The notes below the pieces were generated by a model. The model had not been told where the DNA came from. It made no database searches and worked only from the letters and a program-made list of their open reading frames with translations. Of a stretch of DNA of 64,000 nucleotides, positions 47,765 through 60,413 are shown one piece after another. Position numbers and translations under genes: made by a program. Every line of letters begins with the position of its first letter. Position 1 is the first letter of the stretch. Origin of the DNA: Ramazzottius varieornatus (Eukaryota; Animalia; Tardigrada); assembly GCA_001949185.1 (NCBI GenBank), contig BDGG01000009.1, forward strand, positions 1 to 64,000. The letters run 5' to 3'.

Positions 47765-48385
47765 TTATATGGGTATCGCAGGAGCTTGAGAGACCCCTGT
47801 CGTTCCTGCGATGTCTGCCATGACGTCTTCGTACGACGGCGGCGCACCCATAACTTTTCTCGTGTTTGCCGGTATGGTGTACAGCTCGTAGGGGTCTCTT
47901 GGGTCTGGATCTCTTGTGCTGCTCCGTTCTAGTGGGGCAGACGGCGTCAGATTGTGCTGCCGTTTGAGCGACCTGACGCAGCAAAGAAGGAAGGATCCCA
48001 GTATAATAAGCACAACACATAAGGACAAGACAAAATCCCAAGTAAATGTGCTGGTGGATCGGCTTGGATCATAATTTCGACATAATCTGTTCAAATAATC
48101 TGAGCGTAGCAGATCGGTCACTGGGTTTGTCGCATCCACCGTAGCCACATATCGCTTTGGGCAGTTGACCCGAGACTGATCATACTCGCAAGCGTACTTC
48201 TTGAGAATGTATCCGTGGAGTGCCGAGCAATAGTAAGTGTTGGTCGAACCTACGAAAATTGAAAGAACGTCGCTGCACGAAGAGGTAGTGCAGAGTGCTC
48301 CGCACATCTCCAAGAACCACCATTGTCTTCGCACACCACCTTTCCCCACCGTAGTCTCGTGATACCACCTTTTGTCCGGAGGCAC
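47765..48385 (-). CDS. Single-pass membrane protein: Cys-rich ectodomain, TM-CC, PSAP and PPSY motifs (Shisa/WBP1/VOPP1-like layout); 5' end uncertain
   Basis: 206-aa ORF with TM FVLSLCVVLIILGSFLLCC and tail motifs TPSAP and APPSYEDV. Confidence 0.55.
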   Translation of the reverse strand: MPPDKRWYHETTVGKGGVRRQWWFLEMCGALCTTSSCSDVLSIFVGSTNTYYCSALHGYILKKYACEYDQSRVNCPKRYVATVDATNPVTDLLRSDYLNRLCRNYDPSRSTSTFTWDFVLSLCVVLIILGSFLLCCVRSLKRQHNLTPSAPLERSSTRDPDPRDPYELYTIPANTRKVMGAPPSYEDVMADIAGTTGVSQAPAIPI

Positions 48386-50490
48386 CAGCTTTTGTTCACC
48401 ACAATTAATCAGTTGTAATTTGATTTACTCTGTCCACCACCTTTGTTTTCAAGGACCAACAAGGGCTTTTAGGTGAAAAACCAAAGATCGGCTCCTTCAG
48501 ACATTGACCACGTGCATCTCAAATTTGAACTTCTCCTAAAGCTGAACTGTCCCATCAAGATACATTTGTGATCAAGATATATGTGTGACGCCCTCATCAA
48601 CGGCTCAAAACCGAAAACGGCGTATGTCTCAAGTGAACTGCCGCGCCGTCGAGGAAGAGAAAGAACAGCGGTGGTATCGAAAAGCAAAGTTAGCGTGACC
48701 AGGGACTTGAGGGAGGTCTGGCAGGTGCAGTGGACAGACAAAAAATAACGATTCAGGAGACCCCGCCATCGATAAACACTTCTTGCCACCTGTACTACCG
48801 ATTTTGTAGTCATCTAACTTCTTGCCCTTGAAATCTGGTGAAAGTGGTCCTCGAGATCTCTGTTGGTGCTCCCAAATTGATGGACAGAGAAAACTGTGGT
48901 GCGTAGTGATTAGGAATTGAAAGGTGGTATCAGGGGACTACGGTGGTGGACGGTGGTTTTAGGAGCCTATGGTGGTGTTAGGTGATGTGCACAGCCTTCT
49001 CCAGAAGTATTAGTGTCATCGATTGCTCAGCATTCTGTTGCATATTTCTTACTGATCGTGTTCAAAACAATGAAATCCAGATCGAAGTCGCCATCCTCCA
49101 ATGCCAGATGGTTGTCTGTGTTCTCGAGGAACTCAAGCGTGATTGTCGGATTGAACTGATATTCAGAAAGCAGCTGTGCCACCGATGGTGACCGAAGAGG
49201 GCCAACTTCCGATGGAGCGATCCCACCTGTGAGATTCTTCTTTAAGACGGAAGTGGCTTGTTCATAGATGAGCACCGAGTGATATTGAGTCATTTGAAAT
49301 TTCCTATGGAAAGATGACGACATTTCGATGGAAAGAAAACATCGGTTCGGACGGTTCCTACAGTAAGTGGAGTTTACCTGATGTGGAAGTACAAGGCGAA
49401 TCTCTCAGTAGGATGACGCAGAGGGACAAGATCACCGGGCACAGGGTTGACAGCGATGCGGACTGTACACCGACCGACGCCCGGAGGATTTCGAAACGTC
49501 AAGCTGCCGGCGGCCGAGCAAGAGATCCACAGTGTCTGATTGCAATAATCCTCCCAATAATCTGTAAAACAATGACCTGGCATCATATGTTCCACCAAGA
49601 CCTTCTACACTATATTACCGCTTCGTTTACCTACATTGTGGATATACTTCGTGCAAAGCAGATAGCTGCCGAAGACTAATAAAAAGAAGAAAGACGCCAA
49701 ATTTCATGATATCCATCATGGTACATCACTTCCCACTCAGACTCCAGTCTAAATTCGTCCCGTAAAGACTGGTCCATAGTTCTACCCATGTTAGACCTGC
49801 GAAATTTATGATTGCATTCTTATCTTCCGTGTAGATTTGGGTATCGAGGAGATAACAACGAGCCTTCTGGTCCTTATGGTGTAAACTATCATATCTTCAA
49901 TGTGAGCTTTCTGCTTCTGAGGAAGGTACGATACGGAGGAGACTCACGTGAACGAGCCAGAGACCTTGTGCCATTCTCACGAACAAACGAAACTTCGCGG
50001 GGTCTGTTCAGATTTTATGAGTTGCTTCGGGTCTTTGGAATTCCCATTCAATTTTTCTCTCGGAGCGGCCCAAATGAGCCAAAGCTGCGCATTTCTGCAT
50101 ATAAGGTCTCGCGTTGAATATCGGTAGTGCGATCGGTTGACGTCGTGTGGTTGTGTACTTCCAGCAGGCTGCAAAACATCATTTAGTATGACTCATTATT
50201 CTCCATTGAGTATTCGGCTACAAAACCATGTCTTTGTGCATCAGTCATTGTTTTACTGACAAAAGTGACAAATTGTCGGCCTCATTTAACCACGCCACGT
50301 TGGCTACGAAATCAAAGAAATAACCTCATTCATATGCATCGGGCAAAGAACTCTTACTCCACTCTGCATTGATAGCTCTGAATATCAAAATAGTCCTACG
50401 AGAAAACGGTTGAGTACCACACATACGAAATCAGAAACTCCTGAGGAAGCAAAAAGGAAACAAAAAATGCGACATTTTCAAGAACTCCGG

Positions 50491-53400
50491 TCACACTTCC
50501 GTGTGTATCTTTGGCGAAGATTGTCCAGGCTTTGATTCCGTCTCAACAGACTTCATTTCCACATCACCGTCGGCTGAGCTAACTTTCTCGTCGTTCTTCG
50601 CCTGGCCGTCGATGGGCTTCACTGGGATCACTATCCGATGGTGTCCAGTTCCCGAGGTAGACTGCGCTGTGCCGCTGGTGAATACGGCGGGGATATTTTT
50701 TTTCTTCTCCGACTTCTTCTCCGACTTCTTCTCCTCCTTCTTTTCTTCCTTCGTTGCATTATTTTCGGTCTTCCTCGGCGATGCATCTCTCTGTTTTGAG
50801 TCGTCAGACTTTGCCGAAACGCTATCCGAAGCCGAACCTTTCGTTTCGAGGAGGCTGACTAGTTCGTGCACCCTCTTCACCGACCGCTTCCTTGCGTTTC
50901 TCACTTCTTCAACCCCATCAGTCGGTATCAGATCGAGCTTCAGTATGGCCTGCGTTAATAGCTCATCCAGTAACTTGTACTCGTAGTCGCCTTTGGAGCC
51001 TTGGAAATCGTTGATTCTCTTCTCCAGCTCTTTAACGTGCTCGTTGATTTCTTCAATCTTTTCTAAAGGCGTCCTGGGCTTTGGTGGTGGAGCCGATGTG
51101 GCTTCTGAACGTGGGACTGGTGCTGAAGCGGAGCGCGGTGCGTCAGGTTCGCCTTTGACAACGATGGGTACTCGGTGCTGCTTGCCTTCACCGTCGGCTG
51201 AACTGGCGCCTTTACCTGGAGACGACTGTTTCGTAGGTTCAGGACCAGTTGGCGCGGAAGCTGGTCGAGTAAAACCCATAGGAATAGGCTCTGAAGGATC
51301 ACGCTTGGGGATGTAACCCATCGGTATTGGTTCGGTAGACTTCTGTGCTGCTTGAGGTTTAGGCTGAGTTTGAGGCTGGCCTGCAAAGTAAAAATCGGCC
51401 TTAGGAAACGCACAATGAATTCAATATTACATCGGATTTCGGAGTTCGACTGGGAGGCCGGCGCAGGCGTCCACACAATGCCAACGACAAAGTGCGCCAC
51501 TTGAGTCCAAGAGGCTGCACGTCTGGGTGGCGGGCGTCCCAATTGGGCTCCGCGCTTGAAAATTTGACAGTCAGTGCAAGCACGAAGAGAGAGTCTGGAC
51601 CAAGGGAAAACGAAGGCAACGTAAAGTTTAACCGTCGAAAATTGTCGAGAGTTGCCTGAAACTAACTGTACTTTCCGACAATCTTCTACGGCTGAGTCTT
51701 ACGGTGCCCCCTTTTTCACTTGGTCCAGACATTCTCTTCCTGCGTGTGCTGTATGAAATAGACTGCAGGCTGACCCCTGCTCAGGCTGTGGTGAACTTAC
51801 TGTTGTTGCTCTTTTGGTGTTCGACTTTGATAGGGATAGGTATATCTTTCGATCGTGAAGGAAATTCCCGGCCAACTGACCCTCCACGAAGGTCACGGTT
51901 AAATGAGTGGAAGTTTCTGGGGAGTGTTGACGAGAAGGTGGAAGACGTCTCCGTTGGGCTTCCAGAAGAAGTAGTGTTAGCGTCGATACCGCTGTCTGAA
52001 CTGTTGGAGGGGATGACGCGGCTACTGGGTCTCGGTTTGGGTGGAACAGGCGGCGGTGCAGCTGGCTGTGGTGAGTGAGGTCGCGCAAAGTCAGGTTGTG
52101 ATGAAGGGCGAAAGTTCGAACCGGACGGTGGAGGAACTGAACGCGGGATGGCGCCCTTGCTCTGCCGCATTAAATTCTCGTCATAGTCGGGGATGGGCGA
52201 AGCCGGTTTCTCGCTTGTGGGAGATTGCTGAATGTTGATGGGAATGTTCCGTACGTAGGAACTACGCTCGTCTTCTTTGGGTATCTTGAAGCGGCGTTCG
52301 TGAAAAGCGTCCTCCATGTCCCGGTTTTCGAACTACAGTGGAAGAAATCGAAAATTACTACATGTAATGGTTTTTGGAGTATTGTATGCACAGTGTGTAC
52401 TTCATCAAGGTTTCGAATTATATTACTGTAAATTTCACATTTTAACTGTGGGTGAAATCGGGATTGTCTTCACGTAGATTCCGACTCACGTAATTTGTTA
52501 TCGATTTTTTTTGCGATGCGGTTGCCGCATACTTCCCCTGGAATGTATTATCATCAGCTGTTTAATATGCAAGACTTGATGTTGAGCCGTGAGTCACGTC
52601 TGAGCAATGTTAATGGAGGCAATAATGTCGTGTAAAATTACTCAAGTGCTCTTCGAACGCTTACAAGCCGCGTCAGCATTACATTGAGCAAATCCACACC
52701 ACTGAAGCCTCGTCTTTCTGCCCGATTTTTTCAGCCACATTTTCAAAAAAATATTCTGGTCGAAAAAAAAACCCGAGTCATACTGCTGACCCGAGTCAAG
52801 CCGAGTCATACTGCTGACCAGCTGTTTCACAAACTAATTTGATGGGGGCGAGAGGCTCGGGGACAGTCTGGTCTGATGTTGAGTGACGTTATACGGATGC
52901 GGTCAGTCTAGCGTAACATCACACTTCCTGGTTGCTGTCGTATTTTTTTCTTCTCCACCATTAATGCAGATGCGCTGCTTTTTCTCTCACGCTTCATCGA
53001 CATCGAAGGATGCTTCTGCGCAGTACCTCGAACTGTTCGGCTCAACACTGTCAACAGTAGCCGAATAGCTATGGGCATATGTTGTTGTGTGGGACTGTAT
53101 ACTTTTATTGCTGCTTGCTGTGGATAACAAAGTTGCTTCCGTCTAACTTAGGCGTGTGTGACCAAATTTCACCAACCACTCTATGGCCCATGGCAATGCA
53201 AACAGCATAACAGCTTTCCGCAGCTCGTAATATGCTTTGCTTCTCGTCAACCAACACAAACTTTCGGCGTAAACAGCAGAGGCTTCAACGCGCCCGGGGT
53301 CGCCCTTTCTTTGACCTTGCCATGTATTACCATATCGATTCTGTGTACCGTATTGAGGACAGACATGACTATACTGTAGCGCAGTATTGGCTCACCCATC

Positions 53401-53566
53401 GATCAAATGCGGGATCTCGTTGGGCCCGAAAGTTCCGCGATTGTTCGTTAAAACGATTGCGCATCCGTTCAAATTCCCCACTTGGGTCGACCTCGAAATC
53501 CATCGATTCGGCACCACCGGCACGTGATGGGAAATGATCGTTCCCAAAAGTGTACCGTCGAGCCAT
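50491..53566 (-). CDS. BAG-domain co-chaperone, BAG3/starvin-like; 5' exons uncertain
   Basis: BAG domain PLEKIEEI...DYEYKLLDELLTQAILKLDLI...VRNARKRSVK, PxxP tracts, IPV-like motifs (IPINI, IPIPIKV, VPIVV, IPVKP). Confidence 0.85.
51455..51505. repeat. Degenerate dyad element, BAG gene intron
   Basis: ggcgcag N25 gtgcgccacttga. Confidence 0.6.
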
Positions 53567-55411
53567 TAAAGCCTTCTTTCAATGCAGGAACCAAGCAAGG
53601 GGTTCGATGGCAGATAAAGCAATACCCGCAGAAACAAAACACAAAAGATATTCCGCTGATCGACAACACAATCAAGACGTTGCTTCAGAAAAAGAAGAGA
53701 GAAACCAGAAAAAAGGAGCAGGTGAAATGAAAACGACGCAGAAAGCGGTAAGAAGGTAAAGATGTCGTTGACTCAAATGTTGACTGGTAATACTCGAAGG
53801 TACACTAAAACCATTTCCAGTGTAGGTAAATTTCGCTCAAGTTCGAAGAAGGCAATATGCCATGCAGTGAAGGTTGGTTCTGCTGAGTCAGTTCTGCACT
53901 CTACAAACTTGCTGCTCTAGAACAGACGACACAGTCGAACTTGTCACGAAGAAGTTGCAAAGTCAAATAAAGCAAGGCGATATTTGCTGGTACTCGGGTT
54001 GAGCAGTTGTACGATTGCCGACGTCAGCACGCGGTCTCTGGTAGAGAACCATCAGGAAGTACGTCGAAAGTTCGAGCGCACACTCCACCTTCTGTACACA
54101 TGACTCATGTGAGCGGAGAGTCTTGTATTCCTTGAGTTATCTCTATCCAGTTTGTGCTGTGGTTTACTGCGAGAGAAAAAACAGACAGATTCGATTACAG
54201 GCCTTTCAGTGGGAAGTGGGTAATAAGGTTCTTTACATCGATTCAAGTTCGCACGACTGTCTCCAAGACTGAAGAACTTGCTACGAGTGGTCCGTGCTAC
54301 CAAGCTTGGTTATCTGCCCACTACTGTACGAGGTACCGGCATGTTGACGATATGAGCGATGAGGAGCATCAGCTTTGAGTGATTTGTGGCCTTACATGGA
54401 ATGACAAGGTTAACCGTTTATTAGATATATGGACTTCGGCGGCCCAGTTTCCGTATGAACTTTTTTAACTCCGAACGACCCTTCTACTGACTTGAAGTTC
54501 TTGACAATATTAAAGGCCATGCAGCGTTAGTTTCGCCACGGGCTGAACTCTTACAAAACTGTTCGCCCTACTCGGAAGATGTTCCCAAAATTCTGGGGGT
54601 GCTCACCAGCTGAGATACCACCACATGGGGATTTTTCGTCCGAACAGATGTAGGTGCATTAAAATGCCGTATGATGTCACTGTGACATTGAAATAATCTC
54701 ACTCAAAATTTTGAGCCCCTTCAGATTTTTCTGACGGGGACACCTGATCACTGGTCAGACGGCCAAATGAACCTCAGCAGTGTGTTCCTCGATATCTGTT
54801 ATACATGACTGCATCACCAGTTTAACTGTGCCCTTGGGTCCCAAAACTTCACGTATAGCTTGTTTTCCTCAAGAGTACGGTCGCTGTTACCAGCACTCCT
54901 CCACCCAGTCGAGGAAGCCGAACCAGCGGGTACAATGACTATAAAGTGATTGGCAAATTTGACCGTGGCAGGGTCGGAAATACAGAACGCGACTCTTCAA
55001 TACAGGAAGCAGCAGGCTGGTTGCCTCTCCCGAATGCTCCGATTAAGGCAGCAGATGTCATTCTCTTACTCGTCTCCTCCACCGTTTCCTGTCCACGAAA
55101 CAGTATCCACTTAGCTGGACGTAACGTGATAATCAGAAAGAGTTCCGAAAGTCACAAAGTCACGAAGCAGGGAAAAAGAGAGGAGTGGTACGATGGGAAA
55201 GCAGTGGTCAGTCCACGTTAACCAAAATTAACTCGCTCAATTTTAGTATTGCGGCAACAAGCGGAATGCTGGTCGCGAAAGTCATGAAGCGTTACAGTGA
55301 AGGGTCTTGTGTCTTACTTTGATACTTTTACTTGATGACTTAGAGTGTCTTCAACAACGATGTCAATTTATTGCGCAGAAGGAATGAAACGAGCATAGTA
55401 ACGGATATGCA

Positions 55412-56585
55412 TTAAGCACGACCACGTCCATTAGCTGCAGCGCTGCTTCCCGCTCCATCGGCTGGCTTAGAGTCTGCAGCGCTACCTGCCAGTGCACTGC
55501 CTGCGGCATTGGGCTCGGCGTTGGGGTCAGTGTCGGTATCGCTATTAGTACTACCGTTACCAGTTGATGGTGCAAGTGCCGATGGGCTCCCGGATCCGGA
55601 CGGAGAGCTGCCATAGATGGTAGCGGGCACGCTACTGGGAAGCAGCTGTCCGTTGGTGCCTCTGGTGATTGAGCCGATGGTGTTGCAGTTATCCGAGATG
55701 CAGAGACAGCTTGGTCCGCCGTCTGGCAAATGGGGGAAGCAGTAGACTCCTCTATTCGTTAGCATTGGCCGATCAACATCGAGCGAGATTTTCCATGCGA
55801 AGGCACAAATGCGGGCCACACTGGTTGCTACAATAATCAAATCGAAAATGTACACCCAGCACCACTATGGGCGGCGGATGCGCTCACCGTAAAAATACCT
55901 ATCGAAACTGGTAGCCACATGTTTTGATAGCTAGGTTGTTTCGATATAGGTGGTTGTTTCGATAGCTATCATAACCAGTACCTATCAGTTTGTGTTTAGA
56001 TAGCTATCGAAACATGTAGCTACCAGTTTCGACAGGTACTTTTTGCGGTGACCGCATCCGCAGCCCATACACCACAAGCAACACCAGAACGCGGTTCTAA
56101 GTATCAACTTAACACCAGTCGCGCACTGAGTAATGGAGCTTCGATAGCAGCTACGACACTTACCCGAGATTTTTTCTGCTGCAAGATAGTAATGCGTGGC
56201 ACATCCAGTATTATCAGGCAATACAACAGTCGACCCTGTTTACGTAATTGGCACATGAGTCGGAGAACCTGCTCAGCTTTGCTGGATCGTTTGACCAACA
56301 ATCGGCCTGGTCTCTGCTGCCGTCCAGAACAGCATGACCGTCCCAAAGCGACTGCGGGGACGTGCATATGATGCACATGCTTACCACTAAAGAACGGAGC
56401 TGTTACCGGCAGGCACCGCTGAAGACGAAAATGTTGGGGCTAGGTAGTCACTAAAAAGCTCTGTTAATGTTCTCTGCCGTACTTCCGAAAGCTCCCCCTG
56501 CGGACACTTCGAAAACATTCAGACTGGCAGTCCAGCAAGCTATCCACACGACGAACTTGCAGATCGAACGACGGAATATCTTCAT
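55412..56585 (-). CDS. Putative secreted Cys-rich protein (three-finger/Ly6-like CxCxxDxCN) with Ser/Gly/Ala-rich tail; exon structure unresolved
   Basis: Signal-like MKIFRRSICKFVVWIACWTA; last exon contains SCLCISDNCN and a low-complexity tail. Confidence 0.4.
55866..56069. mobile_element. Foldback/MITE-like palindrome with internal gatagctatcgaaac-type subrepeats
   Basis: ~65-bp imperfect inverted arms tatgggcggcggatgcgctcaccgtaaaaatacctatcgaaactggtagc... / ...gctaccagtttcgacaggtactttttgcggtgaccgcatccgcagcccata. Confidence 0.75.
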
Positions 56586-57181
56586 ATCAGAACAAAGGAA
56601 AAGCTGGTGAACGTCGGGAGATGCAGGTAGTAAGACAGATAACGCTGCGAGTACCACATTGATTCCACAGGCGAAAGCTGTTTCAACTTAACACTGAACG
56701 ACTTGTCCGAAGGAGTACCGACAGACATGAAAGTACGACTTAGTAATGTTTGTGGTCTGCCCAACAGTAACAAAGGAGAAAAGTCTGTCCTTGGATGTCA
56801 TGGAGACACCCTACATGCGTTGTCCAGTTTACACCGGACACGGATAGTCGATCTGCTTGAACGTCATCAGTGCGAAAGCCACTTGACCACAACCGGGTAT
56901 ATGAATTCTCGCGGACAGCTCAACTTTCCCTAGGCATCTTACTAGTGAATTCTTCAGGATGTTAGCGTAAGCAATTTTTAACAAAGGTTTTCAATTTGCT
57001 GTACCATTGCCGAAGTATTGTTGTAAAAGTGGCAAATCAATCAATCGACAATCCGGGCGGGGTCGTAAGGCGGTACAATCAGAGGCCTTGATTAGTACTT
57101 TACTGAAATTACAGCCCAACATTCAGCTATCTCAGAATCACCACTTGGTTCGCAAACCGTTATTGAGCAAAAGATCTTCAA

Positions 57182-57231
57182 NNNNNNNNNNNNNNNNNNN
57201 NNNNNNNNNNNNNNNNNNNNNNNNNNNNNNN
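57182..57231. other. Assembly gap (50 N)
   Basis: Run of N. Confidence 1.
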
Positions 57232-57351
57232 CACTTTTACAACAATACTTCGGCAATGGTAGTTGCTACGGATTAGTTATTACTTGGTATGCTATACAGG
57301 GCAGACAACGGTCAAAGAAAACAAGTCCAGTGGCGAAGAAATCGTACATGT

Positions 57352-58997
57352 CTACTGTTCTGTCAAGGAGAAGTCTTTGAAAGCGATGAACGTGTCTTTG
57401 GATGGGGCGTACGTTGGATCATTTCCGCCAAAGAAAGTCTGCAAAACGTTAAGCTGAAGTACTTACTTTACCCGCAACTATAACCCTGAATAATGTGGAT
57501 AATTTCTGGCAGTAGACATATTTTACCTGGAACATGATGCCTTCAATCTGGACCAAAGGTCGCGTCCGCCAGATCATCTTGTCAAAGTCCACAGCCGGTT
57601 TGCCGTTGATAATGAGCTTAACCACGCCATCAGGAACGGGCTTGCCACCACGAACCGAGTTTAGCTTCAGGTACAGCTTGACTGTGTTCCAGTGCTCAGC
57701 TTGGAAGGTCTGCACACCGCGGCCCATAGAGGTACCAATGGAGCCATCGCTGAAAAAGCCGGGAATGCGTTCGATGGCAAGGTCCTGGTTGCCCGGTGCG
57801 TAGACGTACGCTTCAGCCTGTCCACCGGCACGCCACATGACACGGTAGGAGAAGCCATCGGGGTCGTCGTGGTTGCCACCGGACTGTCCGAACTTGCTGT
57901 ACAAACCCGGAAGTTTGCCACCTTTGACCCATTCGAAGTTCTTGGGGAAGTACACCTGTACGCCAAACAACCTCAACACACCGTACCGAGTTATCGGCAG
58001 AAAGAATCAAACGATCGTTGGAGCATATTCAGAAAGATGGAAATAACATTTGGCTTTCGGCGGCCCAGTTTGGACACAAGCTTTTTCGATCGACACCGAA
58101 CGACCCTTTTCTGATCAAAGGGCATCAAGTGGCTGGAAGTCTCAAAAACTGTTCCCCCTTTTGAGAAAATATTCCGGAACATTTCAGGGTTGACTTGTAG
58201 CAGAAACATTTCTGCCTGGGGGCCCCATGCCAAAATGATTGCTTGTGCAGTTTTGCGCTCTATGACGTCATTTGGACGTCAAAACTTTTTCAGTCGACAA
58301 TTTAAACCGCTTCGTAGTTTCCTGACGCAGCGATCTGACCAGTGATCCGATGGCCATAGAAACCTGAGAGTCGTGTTCGACAATGTTACACTATACTAGA
58401 CATTACACTAGATCGCATTGGCCGCGTTCAAGATTGGCGTTGGGGTCTCAGAACTTCAAACCCGTTTCCTGAACAATCTGTCTGGCGATCCTTCATGTTC
58501 CAATTGGGCCACCGAAACCCATTTGCAGTCAGTTTCCTTGTTCATTTCACAAATTCGGCTCGAAAAGATCAATGTAAGCCGTTTGTTTTATTCGTACCTT
58601 GTAGCTGAAAGTAACCGAGTCTCGGTTGAAGATATTGGGTCCAGGCTTAGCATAGAAAGCTAGCCCCCCGGGTTGGCCATTCCGTCCTGGCTTGGAAGCG
58701 TACGCACCAGCTGGGAAGTGAACCTAATAAGGTCAGATGAGTTATTGTTCGTATGATGATAATTCCAAAGTCGTTGGAATCCGGGAGACGATAGGATAAG
58801 GAAAATCCTACTTGAATCGCCTTGTCCCAATTAAACAGTCCTCCAGCAGGGTCCTTGGTCACATTGATGGTATTCCACAGGTTCTTGATGACATTGAAGT
58901 TTCCGAAATCTTTCGTACTTTCCCACAAGGTGGATTTCGCGCTAACCGAGGTGGCGACTAAGGCCAGTACCAGGAAGGACCATAAGCGGTTTGCCAT
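57352..58997 (-). CDS. Secreted polysaccharide lyase family 14 (alginate-lyase-like), 4 exons
   Basis: Signal peptide; FSYK|VYFPKNFEWVKGGKLPGL, GFSYRVMWR, AEAYVY, DGVVKLIING, IMFQ|TFFGG are PL14 hallmarks. Confidence 0.88.
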
Positions 58998-59501
58998 GGC
59001 TAGCTAAATTAGAGTACGCACTGGCCTTCTCAGTCTACTAAAGTCCTACAGATGCTTCGAGAGGACAAGTTGAAGCGTGATATATCTTGATCGGCTTACC
59101 AGCCTGTGTAGTGATTCTTTTCTTGATAGCAGCTTAATTCTCCACGGAACCGTCATTACGCCCATTGTCCTTCGGTGAAAATTCAGGGTTCAAACTTCAG
59201 CGCACATCAGATAATATTGGCGTCAAGCGCCGCTGTCGGATTACGCACAGCCTTCTCGTATGAACGCTTCCGCGCAAATGTATTTTGTTCAGTTCTTACA
59301 GGGTCCCTCCTCCACGTTAATCATGCTGGTCAAACGTACAGTATTAAACAAGGATGCTTCTGCCTGTATGTCTCGCAATATCGAGTCAGTCGATAATCAT
59401 ATCTGTTCCAGGATCGGAGTTGGCGCAGGCATTTGAGGTCCGGAACCAGATACTGTGTCCTTGGGGGTTACCGTATTCCTGTAATGGACTTAGTGTAAGA
59501 C

Positions 59502-59845
59502 TACGAGGTACAGGACGTGATTCGGGCATAGCGATTTTCGCACATATAATTCGGGCAGTGCAGAAAGTTTAAGCTTTATCATCACTTAATTGATTTTTCA
59601 TCGTACACCTGTTCATACAACTTTAGGCTTTTTTACATTGGGCAGACCCGTCTCTCCCTCACGAGAGATTCTTCTGACCTGCAACATCTCATCGTTCCCA
59701 AACCTATTTGGACCTTGAGGAGGAGAGAATGATCTACCTCAGGAAACAATAAGCGCTTGATTATATGCAGCAGGAGATCAGGAAAAATGTGCATGAATTA
59801 TGATGCGAAAATCGCTATGCCCAAATTATGTTCTTCTACCTCGTA
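59502..59845. mobile_element. MITE family A, copy 2 (more diverged)
   Basis: tacgaggta...ttcgggcatagcgattttcgca and ...ctatgcccaaattatg...tacctcgta; same length and internal blocks as copies 1 and 3. Confidence 0.8.
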
Positions 59846-60413
59846 CCATAGACACCCCAACGACGGAAGGCTGGACTGATCACTGACAAACACTGCTTCC
59901 AGCTAATGACGGCCTACCTGTCCCAGCTCGATGCATTTGCGTGTTTCCTATTCCAGTACGCGGACGACGAGGAATTATGGACCAGTAAAAATCATGAACT
60001 AGGCCTTGTCGCTACGGCGGTAGGGGAGCACGTATGTACGCGACCGAAACACATTATGGACTTTTCAACACTTTTCTATGGTTGGATTTTTATTTTGCCG
60101 TCTTTTCCGCCTGGCCCATAAGTTTTACTGACCCATACTTTCTCGTCGTGTGTGTACGACGTCCAGGTTATGAACGTATATTTTATTATCCATGCACATG
60201 CAAGTGAGACAGTCCTAGTCCTCGAGAACAGACTATTCTCACGAGAGTACAGTGATGTGATTCGGCTCTCGCAGAATTTGGAAGCTTGAGAGTTTAGATC
60301 CCGCGTAACTGTCCGTCCCGAAAAACAGTAACCGGTCGCCATGTATTCCCGCTAAGTCGGCGCTGACGTTTTTGTCTCGGTTCAAAGGCAGCGTTCACGT
60401 TGCCTCTATGACG

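Noticed and set aside
52773-52819. 19-bp direct repeat ccgagtcatactgctgacc
   Set aside because: Local slippage duplication with only two copies.
54400-54900. Possible decayed transposase (EGSFGVKK-like peptide on the minus strand)
   Set aside because: One short motif, no ORF or TIR support.
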